NCBI GenBank assembly: GCA_002269645.1
Contig: NIVC01001022.1
Span: 496,001 to 560,000, forward strand
Direction: 5' to 3'
Length of the DNA: 64,000 nucleotides
From: Macrostomum lignano
Taxonomy: Eukaryota
The notes under the pieces were generated by a model. That model searched no databases, had not been told where the DNA came from, and saw only the letters and a list, made by a program, of their open reading frames with translations. Of the stretch, positions 54,162 through 64,000 are shown piece after piece. Position 1 is the stretch's first letter, and the number at the start of each line of letters is the position of its first letter. The position numbers and the translations under genes were made by a program.

Positions 54162-55115
54162 CGTCCATAAAATTTCGAATGTCTGTCAGGTTCCTAATCA
54201 AATTGCCACAATCTTTGTCGAATAATAAATAGCCTGAAAATAATTCTAGTCACTAATTGCCGTTACACCTAATCAATCAGTTGAGTATTTTTGGCTTCAC
54301 TCCAGACTGACCTGCAAAATTGAGCAGATTTGTCCGCGACCTCGCATAAATTTTGCTCAGTCCGCAGTTGAAGCGAGAGCTCAATAAAGTCTGATATGTT
54401 TTTCTGGCCTGCCCATTTTCAGCCTAAAAAATGTGAAAATAAAAAAATTCGCGAAAGACCTCTCGACACTCTCAGATGCAAATGCTACGCGGGAAGAAAC
54501 GTCTCAATAGAAAGTGGAGACGGAGGAAGAGGCAAGCAGGAGAGGCGATTCGAAATTTCTTTGCTTTGCTCGGTTGTTTTAGGCTGGCTGGGTTGGTGGG
54601 GCCGAAGGGGAGGAAGGAAGGAATTAATTAAATCAGGTGCACAGGCGTGACAAATCCTGACTCAAAACACGCCAGAGCCATACAGCTCAGGCTTTCCCTC
54701 TCTCTCTTTTCACTTCAACCCTCAAGGCCCTGTCCCGGGTGTTAAGTTGAGTTTGAGTTGCCCAGCGCCCTATCCGAGTAGCCGCATGGCTTTTTTAGCA
54801 AGGCTGAATACTCGCCAGGGGTCGAGGCTGGATGTGAGGCGGAGCTGCAACTCGAGCTCGCCAGAGACCTCACGCTGGCCCTGAAGTGGACTGAAAATTA
54901 ATGTACAGCACGAACTTCTGCTTCTAAGCCAAGCTTCGAAGCCGCTCTGGAGGGTACTCGGGGGCTGTTCAGAGTCGCCGGAATATGCCGGACCTCCCAC
55001 TGCTTAATTAGCAAAGTCACGCAGAACAAACACGGCCTTTCAGCTGTATGGGTGTTAATAATTACCACTCATTCCGGTTCCTGCCCCTCCCTGTCTACCG
55101 GCCCGGCTGTCTCAC

Positions 55116-57928
55116 CTGCTTAATGTCGTCTCCGTGTTGTTGCTGCTGCTGCTGCTGCAACGACATCATTGTCAGCGGGGAGCCCGGCCGCGACCAGGCG
55201 TAATAATCCTGCTGGTGCCGCTTCAAGGAGCCGTGAGGCGGCTGATGCTGATGCTGCAACAGGTGCTGCAGCTGGTGCTGGCACTGGTGCTGCTGCTGGT
55301 GCAGCAGTCGGGCATCGTAGGGCGGCACGGGGCTCTCCCGGTGGTAGCCATGGAAATCCTCAGCGTTAGCGCGCATCTTCAAGCGCGCCTCGGCCAGATC
55401 GGAAGCGCCTGCCTCGGCGACACCAGCGCCAAGGTCGTCCGGACTGTCTGCCCGGCCGCGCACGTAGCAAATCGCCACGATGAGGCCAACAGCGATGACC
55501 ACCGTGCCGGCGATGATGAGAATCAGGATGATGAGGCCGCTGATGCCGGCCGAGGCGAAGTGAGCCTCAGGCGGAGCTGTCAGTCGCACGTAGAATGTGG
55601 TCTCGCTGCTCAGTCGCACACGGCTGCCTTGGTCGGTCACCTGCACGGTGAGATAGTACAGCCCGGGCGTTGGGGGAGCCTCCTCGGGCCGCCACACCGA
55701 GTGAATCTCGCCGCTCTGCCTGTCGATGTCGAAGAGGGAGCTGGCATTGGACGCCAGCAGGCGGTAGTCGACTGTACGATTCTCTCCAGCGTCTTTGTCC
55801 TCAGCCTCGACAGTTATCAGAAGGGTCTTGCGGGGTACGTTTGTGTAGAAGACATTGCCGATGCCTAGTAGTGCTCCAGGTCGTGGCTTAACCACCGTTG
55901 GTGGACAGTCGTTGACGTCGCCGATGTTGACTGTCAGCACAGCCGTTGAGCTTCTCCTTCGCAATCCCATGTCCCAGGCGGTTAGCGCCACGGGCATGCT
56001 TGACCAAGTCTCCCTGTCGATTGGCTTTCTGACCGTCAGGGTGCCGTTGCGATGCAGGCTGAAGTACTCGTTGACTGGGCGATGCTCTTCGCTGCTGCTC
56101 AGATCGAAATCGACCGTGCCATTCTCGCCTAAATCCGGGTCGGCGAAAGACACTTGAGCTACCGGGTGCCTGGCGGGCTGTTTTCCTGGACGCTGGCAAT
56201 CAAGGGACCGGTGTAGTAGGGGTCATTGTCATTGACGTCGAGAAGCTCAATGACAACTGTCGCTGTGTCCGACAGGTTGCCTCGGTCTCTAGCTATGACG
56301 TTGAAGCGCAGGTTTTTTGCGGTCTCACGGTCCAATGGCACTTTGACTTTGATGCTGCCTTCGCTATCGATAGTGAAGTTGCGCTGCCCGATCTCGTCAA
56401 GCAAGTATTCGATTTCGCCGTAGAAGCCTTTATCGCGATCGGTTGCGCTCACCTTTAACGCTTGCCTGTTCACTGAAAGGTCTTCATCCACCTGCTTGAA
56501 GTAGCTTTTTGAGATGAATTTCGGTGGGTCATCGTTCGTCTCACGAATCGGTATGATGAACGACTGTCGCGTGGTCCTTACTGGCGATGCATTGTCCAGA
56601 CACTTAATATCCACCTTTTCCTCCTGGGCTACCTCATAGTCGAAGGTGGTGGTGCTGTACATGTTGTAGGTTGCTTGCTCCACAGTGTCAGTGGGACTGG
56701 ATATTGTGTTCCTTTCCAACTTAAACTTGGGATTTGACTCAAGCATGCACTGCACCTTGCCGATAGACACAGCATCTGCATCAGTTACCTGGATGGCCTT
56801 GACCAGAACCTCCGGCGGACGATGTTCATCAAGTTGATAGTTCGCCAGCTCTTTAATCACCGGCTCATTGTCGTTGATATCAGTGACGCTGATGCTGACT
56901 GTACACGTCGATGATTGTGGAGGACTGCCTTGATCGCGAGCCTCAATAAACACCTTGGCAGTTCGCTGCTGGGGCACCTCGTAGTCCAAGCTCTGATTAA
57001 GAAAGAGGCCCCAGAAACCGTTTTCAATCCGAACATCGAAAAAGCTGTTTAAGGTCGGCGGATCCACCGCAGCGATGCGGTAGATGACTTTCGCGTTCCG
57101 CCCTGCATCCTTGTCACTAGCGGTCAGCGGACTGATCGGGTCGTTGTTGACTCTTCTGTTCTCGGGGAATTCTGACTTAACAAACGTTCCCTGGTCAAAA
57201 ATTGGAGGATTGTCGTTGACGTCGCCTACTCGAACTGTGATGACCACGGAACCCTCGTGCTCGCCGTCATTGGCTCGCAGTGTTACCTGGTACTGCGGCT
57301 CGGTCTCTCTGTCTAGGGGGCGCAGCAGTTTTATATGCGGAACACCGGATTTTAGCACCACAGCAAAAGTACCAGTCGGGTCAGTGAGATTGTACGCCTT
57401 GACTGAGAAAGCTGGGGAATCTTTGTCTACTGCTGCAGGCAGTTTGACATTGTCCGAGCCAACCACAGCGTCTTCTCGAATGTCGATTGGCCCAGAGTTA
57501 GGGAAGCTTGGCGCCTCGTCGTTCTCATCAATGAGCACAAGCTGGAAGGTGAGCGTTCGTGCTGAGTCGGCTGGACGTACCGTCACTGAGGCGATGAACT
57601 CCATCCGGCACTCGAGGCTGCCGCAGCAGTCTAGCTTTGAGCAGATCTCGTCCCTATCGATGTCTCGATTAGCGGAAATGGTGCCCAACCGGTCAACCAC
57701 GAAGAATCCTTCGAGCTGAGTCTGGTACGGGCGCAGGCTGACTCGATAATAGCCGCTCGGATCTCCAGCAGGTGGCGGCGGGAAGTCCCGGCTCAGCGCG
57801 GTCAAGCTGGCCACTTTGCTGTTGAAGTTGATGTTGTCAGACAGTCTCGTCTCTGAGGCGACTGCGAAACGCAGACTTGCTACGAAGATAAAAGCGCCAA
57901 CCAGATGAAGCATTCTCAGCCCTTTCAT
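55116..57928 (-). CDS. Protocadherin (7 cadherin repeats, delta-1-like architecture) large first coding exon, with a 1-bp frameshift at ~56160
   Basis: Signal peptide; EC1 with IDRDEIC; repeated DRE/DYE, DxD and DxNDNxP motifs; TM GLIILILIIAGTVVIAVGLIVAICYV; donor GTGAGA at 55115. The ORFs 56159-57928 and 55095-56153 join in frame if one base is added (GTR-VAQVSFADPDLGENG). Confidence 0.95.
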
Positions 57929-59341
57929 CTGGCGCTTCTGGTTTTGAGATTAGTTAGCCGTTCGAGTTTCAACTAAATCCCATGCGAATCATCCTCGGTC
58001 GGTGGGATGTTTGAGTAAAATTTTCGACGTCCAACTGAGGAAACTTTCAAGCCACCGAGCGCGTGTTTTGTATTTCGAGTTTCGTTGATGCCACGCAATG
58101 GCTTCAGAGTAGAAGAAAGATGAGAGTTCTGTGAGGAAGGCAGAGGGCTGCATCGAAGTTTTACTAACTAAAGGAGAGACGAGCCTCCTGCCAATGCGAT
58201 TCGTTCATTCGCTTTCGTGGACTGCTATTGGTCCAGGCAATGAGCTGCCCTGTCAGACCTTAGAGTAGCTTGCTGTGTTCCTATTGAAACTGAAGGCTTG
58301 TTTTCTTTTCTTCCTCACGCACACACACATACAAACACACTCCACCCCACTCAGGGTGGGCGGAGATCGGGCGTCATACTCGTTGGTTGTGCGCCCCCCC
58401 CCCCCCCGTGAAGATAGATGAAGTGTCACGATGACACACAGTTAGTTGATGTGGCTGATCAACCACCTCTCATTTACTCTTGCAATTGAATAACGGGTTG
58501 CAGAGAGCTGCTATAAGTAGGAGATACAATTTAGATGGGTTTTTAGACACGATTTAAAGGTTCAATTCCCACAGTTTTTTTTCACAAAACCCTCTGCTTT
58601 GTAGTTGCCAGTCTGTATAAATCGCCCCTGGCGCCGTTGGAGAGGGGGGAGTTTTTGTTCCACCGGACTAAACTAAAAACTGGGCAGCAAATTAATATTT
58701 CATCGAATGGATGGGGGAGCTGGTCAAGGTGTGCAAGCAGTGGGCAGGTGGCAGTTGGACTCCTCCCACTTATATTGAATGGTATAGGCCCTCTAAACAG
58801 AGCGTGCTAATGTAAAGTGGCGTTTTGTTGTTCCAATCCCCTGAGACCATGCAGGTCTCTGGCGCAAACTGAAAGCTGTGCACGCCTCCAGCTGTCTCCG
58901 ACTCAAGCCGGTCCATGCAGTCTTGTCATCACCATCGATGAGCGCAGATGAACGGCCCACGTTCCGTCAGGCTCTTGGGAAGGGTGGCAAGCGTCTCACG
59001 CAGGAATACAAGTAAAAGTTGCCTTTCCCTTTCTCTCTGTGTGTTTATGATGTGGCGTATGGCCCTCCGCGTCCAGCTTCCCATTTTGTCCAATCTGCAG
59101 TCCCATAACCAGCTTCCTTCTTGCGCACACAAACTCCTTGCAAAGTCGTTTGAGCGGCTCAAAGCTGACCACCTGTCAATCATTTTATCACTCAATCTTC
59201 CTATGCTTATATCCCCCCCAGTGCAGTCGCATTGTCTGCAGCATTGCAGCAAAGTGGCGCCTGGAAATTCAAGTGAAAAGCGACGGATTGGAGCTTTTTG
59301 GAAGCCAAGAAAAATAAAGTCTTGTGGTCTTGTAATATTCG

Positions 59342-60552
59342 CAGGGGCGTCGCCACCGGAGGGGACAAAAGAGACATGCTAATGCATTTGCCCCCCCCCA
59401 CACCATGTGACGCGTTGTGGAAATCAATAATTTTGCTTCATGGCGCCAAATCGAGTGCCTGCGGCGCTAAAATGAGTGCCTGCGGCGCCAAAATGAGTGC
59501 CTGCGGCGCTACAATGAGTGCCTGCGACGCCAAAATGAGTGCCTGCGGCGTCAAAATGAGTGCCTGTGGCGCCAAAATGAGTGCCTGCAGCGCCAAAATG
59601 AGTGCCTGCGGCGCTACAATGAGTGCCTGCGACGCCAAAATGAGTGCCTGCGGCGTCAAAATGAGTGCCTGTGGCGCCAAAATAAGTGCCTGCGGCGCCA
59701 AAATGAGTGCCTGCGGCGCCAAAAAAAGTGCCTGCGGCGCCAAAATGAGTGCCTGCGGCGTCAAAATGAGTGCCTGTGGCGCCAAAATAAGTGCCTGCGG
59801 CGCCAAATGAGTGCCTGCGGCGCCAAAATGAGTGCCTGCGGCGCCAAATGAGTGTCTGCGGCGCCAAATGAGTGTCTGCGGTGCCAAAATAAGTGCCTGC
59901 GGCGCCAAAATGAGTGCCTGCGGCGTTAGAATGAATGCCTGTGGCGCTAAAATGAGTGCCTGCGGCGCCAAAATGAGTGCCTGCGGCGCCAAAATGAGTG
60001 CCTGCGGCGTTAGAATGAATGCCTGTGGCGCTAAAATGAGTGCCTGCGGCGCCAAAATGAGTGCCTGCGGCGCCAAAATGAGTGCCTGCGGCGCCAAAAT
60101 AACTGCCTGCGGCGCCAAAATAACTGCCTGCGGCGCCAAAACGAGCCCCTGACTGCGGCGCCAAAATGAGTGTATGCGGCGCCAAAATGAGTGCCTGCGG
60201 CGCTACAATGAGTACCTGTGGCGCCAAAATAAGTGCCTGCGGCGCCAAAATGAGTGCCTGCGGCGCCAAAATAAGTGCCTGCGGCACTACAATGAGTGCC
60301 TGCGGCGCCAAAATGAGTGCCTGCGGCGCCAAAATGAGGTTCTGCTTGCGGCGCCAAAATGAGTGCCTGGCTGCGGCGCCACAATGACTATCAGGGCTAA
60401 AATGAGTGCCTGCGGCGCCAAACGAGTGTCTGCGGTGCCAAAATGAGTGTCTGCGGCCCAAAATGAGTGCCTGCGGCGCCAAAATGAAGACCTGCGGCGA
60501 AAAAGACTGCTTTGCTCCCGCACCATAAAATCTCATTTCCATGACGCCCCTG
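59342..60552. mobile_element. Non-autonomous TIR element of the same family as 25182-27000, filled by a ~50-copy 21-bp array (59440-60495)
   Basis: Left end CAGGGGCGTCGCCACCGG, right end GACGCCCCTG; flanks AATATTCG / AATATCCA (6 of 8); array unit GGCGCCAAAATGAGTGCCTGC. Confidence 0.75.
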
Positions 60553-61179
60553 AATATCCACATTCAACACAGTTCCCTAAATCCTTATCTCTTTAGTCTA
60601 TCTAGACCCTGGAGCCACCGTAATGTCTCTCATTACTTCCTTCATTAATATCTTCACTTTCCATGTAAAAATAAACCTTATTAGCATTATTCGCGCGCGT
60701 ACGCAATGCGCCTATTGATGGAACTCGATCCCATTCGTTGGTACCGGAGCATGAAGGGGGATCGAGTCCGGAGTTCCCCAGGGGGAGTCTCCTTGGCTCC
60801 TTAGGAACCATTACGTAATCGGAGGGGGCGGGACAAGAAAAACTCTGGCTTATTCGGGCAGTTTACACTGCACTGTGCCTGCTTAGCTTGTTTGATTAAG
60901 AATGAATGCTTAGGGCACAGCGTCTTTAAGCTAGGCATGTGGGCTCCAGGTCCTGATATTTTATGTCAGTCAATTAATCGTTATTTTCATTATTAAGGGA
61001 TTCATTAATTCCTAGTCGCTTCGAAGAAATCGATAGGTCCAAACAATCGAATTCGAGGTTGAACTCAGATCTGACACAGCAACGGAGTCAGTGGTGAGCG
61101 CAGCAGTTTTCATTTTGGCTTCGTCTACGGTCTTGGTGAGCGGTGACAAGGGAGGGGCGCGCCAATATTTGATGTCTTT

Positions 61180-61612
61180 CTTGGTGAGCGCCTCTGTCTC
61201 TTGGTGGGCGCCCCTGTCTCTGGTGGGCGTCCCTGTCTCTTGATGAGTGCCCCTGTCTCTTGTTGGGCGCCCCTGTCTCTTGGTGGGCGCCGTTGTCTCT
61301 TGGTGGGCGCCGTTGTCTCTTGGTGAGTGGGCGTCCCTGTCTCTTGGTGGGCGCCCCTGTCTCTTGGTGGGCGCCGTTGTCTCTTGGTGGGCGCCCCTTT
61401 CTCTTGGTAGGCGCCCCTGTCTCTTGGTGGGCACCCCTGTCTCTTGGTGAGTGGGCGTCCCTGTCTCTTGGTGGGTGGGCGCCCCTGTCTCTTGGTGGGT
61501 GGGCGCCCCTGTCTCTTGGTGGGTGGGCGCCCCTGTCTCTTGGTGGGTGGGCGCCCCTGTCTCTTGGTGGGCGCCCCTGTCTCTTGGTGAGTGGGCGCCC
61601 CTGTTTCTGTCT
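61180..61612. repeat. 20/24-bp minisatellite (GGTGGGCGCCCCTGTCTCTT)
   Basis: Direct reading; shares the GGCGCCCCT core with the 15714 array. Confidence 0.93.
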
Positions 61613-62143
61613 CTAAGGCCGATGGACGCCACATCCAAGAGGTGGCAAAAGTTGAGCTTGGTCACCGCTTTCATTTAGTTTTGAGAGACGTGCAATTTTT
61701 GTGTAGAACCTTGAGGGGGGCCGTTCGCCGCCAGACCGATTCCAGTCTGAACACAATTAGACAACAAATCTACCTTTTCCTGTAGCAGCCCATTCACCTA
61801 CCTGTCTTAAACTGCCATACATAATAAACTGGACGAATTCTTCCTTCATTTTTCATAGTCGGGATTTTTTTCTTGCCTAGCGGTGTGATTTTGTCTTGGC
61901 ACGAGTCGACAATTTGAGCGATGCGAAGGGTAGAAGAAAAAGAAGAAGAAGAACAGGTGAAAATTGCTGCACCGATTCTTCCCTAGACGAGACTAATGGC
62001 AATTGATCGGGTTCAGGGCTCCATTAGCGGGGCTTCGCGCTTTCTGACTTCCTTTTTAGGAGGCCCCGGGAGCTAATTTTGGATAGTTCAGTCATTATTT
62101 ATCGCTGCATCCGCTTGTTGCAGACAGCCGCCCCGAAATTTAC

Positions 62144-63690
62144 TGTCTGTTCACTCTCTTATCAGTCTGTTCACTCTCTTATCAGTCTGTTCACTCTCTT
62201 ATCAATCTGTTCACTCTCTTATCAGTCTGTTCACTCTCTTATCAGTCTGTTCACTCTCTTATCAATGTGTTCACTCTCTTATCAATCTGTTCACTCTCTT
62301 ATCAGTCTGTTCACTCTCTTATCAATCTGTTCACTCTCTTATCAGTCTGTTCACTCTCTTATCAGTCTGTTCACTCTCTTATCAGTCTGTTCACTCTCTT
62401 ATCAATCTGTTCACTCTCTTATCAGTCTGTTCACTCTCTTATCAGTCTGTTCACTCTCTTATCAATCTGTTCACTCTCTTATCAGTCTGTTTAATCTCTT
62501 ATCAGTCTGTTCACTCTCTTATCAGTCTGTTTAATCTCTTATCAGTCTGTTTAATCTCTTATCAATCTGTTCACTCTCTTATCAGTCTGTTCACTCTCTT
62601 ATCAATCTGTTCACTCTCTTATCAATCTGTTCACTCTCTTATCAATCTGTTCACTCTCTTATCACTCTGTTCACTTTCTTATCAACCTTGTCACTCTCTT
62701 ATCAGTCTGTTCACTCTCTTATCAGTCTGTTCACTCTCTTATCAATCTGTTCACTCTCTTATCAATCTGTTCACTCTCTTATCAATCTGTTCACTCTTTT
62801 ATCAATTTGGTCACTCTCTTATCAGTCTGTTCACTCTCTTATCAATCTGGTCACTCTCTTATCACTCTGTTCACTCTCTTATCAGTCTGTTCACTCTCTT
62901 ATCAATCTGGTCACTCTCTTATCAGTCTGTTCACTCTCTTATCAGTCTGTTCACTCTCTTATCGATCTGTTCACTCTCTTATCAGTCTGTTTACTCTCTT
63001 ATCAATCTGTTCACTCTCTTATCAGTCTGTTCACTCTCTTATCAATCTGTTCACTCTCTTATCAGTCTGTTCACTCTCTTATCAATCTGTTCACTCTCTT
63101 ATCAATCTGTTCACTCTCTTATCAATCTGTTCACTCTCTTATCACTCTGTTCACTTTCTTATCAACCTTGTCACTCTCTTATCAGTCTGTTCACTCTCTT
63201 ATCAGTCTGTTCACTCTCTTATCAATCTGTTCACTCTCTTATCAATCTGTTCACTCTCTTATCAATCTGTTCACTCTTTTATCAATTTGGTCACTCTCTT
63301 ATCAGTCTGTTCACTCTCTTATCAATCTGGTCACTCTCTTATCAGTCTGTTCACTCTCTTATCAGTCTGTTCACTCTCTTATCAATCTGGTCACTCTCTT
63401 ATCAGTCTGTTCACTCTCTTATCAGTGTGTTCACTCTCTTATCAATCTGTTCACTCTCTTATCAGTCTGTTTACTCTCTTATCAATCTGTTCACTCTCTT
63501 ATCAGTCTGTTCACTCTCTTATCAGTCTGTTCACTCTCTTATCAATCTGTTCACTCTCTTATCAATCTGTTCACTCTCTTATCAATCTGTTCACTCTCTT
63601 ATCACTCTGTTCACTCTCTTATCACTCTGTTCACTCTCTTATCGCTCTGTTCACTCTTTCATCATTCTGTTCACTCTCTTATCTATTTTC
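62144..63690. repeat. 20-bp minisatellite (TTCACTCTCTTATCAGTCTG), ~77 copies
   Basis: Direct reading; 480-bp internal duplication (line 62641 is identical to line 63121). Confidence 0.98.
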
Positions 63691-64000
63691 TGTTTAGATG
63701 TTTTCCTTCCATCCAATTCATTATGACAGTCTAAGCCTCAGTGGAATTTCTGCTTCCAAAAAAGAATCGGGCACATTCCGAGCCACAAGAGGACTCAGAT
63801 TCAAGGCCCATATATGTATAGAGAATGAGCCAGTGCTGCAAATTGAATTGAGTAGGGGCACAGAGAGATGGAGCTCTCTGCCTTGCCTCACCACCTTCTT
63901 AGCTCTCAGCTTCACTCAGCTGCATTCTGCAAGTCCCCTTTCAAACTGATCAGACCGACAGAGAGAAGCAGAGGGTCAATGCAATTTGACAAATCTTCTT

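Noticed and set aside
57084-57719. Plus-strand ORFs antisense to the protocadherin and lectins (also 55855-56423, 15095-15505, 23602-24041, 27870-28246)
   Set aside because: Antisense shadows of GC3-rich coding sequence.
59424-60563. Long ORFs over the 21-bp array, and other repeat ORFs (SIYL, SVCL, LLSVCS, ARECLPE, etc.)
   Set aside because: Translations of tandem repeats that happen to lack stop codons; no domain content or splice context.

Overview
Eukaryotic (metazoan) genomic DNA: spliceosomal introns, CAG/polyQ-rich exons, SINEs and very dense mini/microsatellites. The style resembles a free-living flatworm such as Macrostomum (inference only, no search run). All recognisable host genes lie on the minus strand. 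(1) 5' part of a serine incorporator (SERINC) gene whose middle exon is corrupted. (2) Three intronless signal-peptide + C-type lectin + PAN/apple-like genes (14.7, 23.2, 27.5 kb) that are sequence mosaics of each other. (3) An 8-exon, 360-aa gene invisible in the ORF track (29099-32496), assembled here from phase-compatible GT-AG sites; it encodes signal peptide + Notch-ligand-like N-terminal C2/MNNL module + divergent DSL-like domain + TM + tail, with no EGF repeats. (4) A 7-EC protocadherin with a single ectodomain exon, one 1-bp frameshift and a ~19.7 kb intron. Mobile DNA includes three tRNA-headed CORE-type SINEs, two Penelope-like GIY-YIG fragments, an RTE-like LINE 3' fragment, a decayed P-element transposase and CAGGGGCG-TIR non-autonomous elements carrying amplified GGCGCC-core minisatellites. 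No rRNA, bona fide tRNA or CRISPR array is supported. Most ORFs in the supplied track are repeat translations or antisense shadows.
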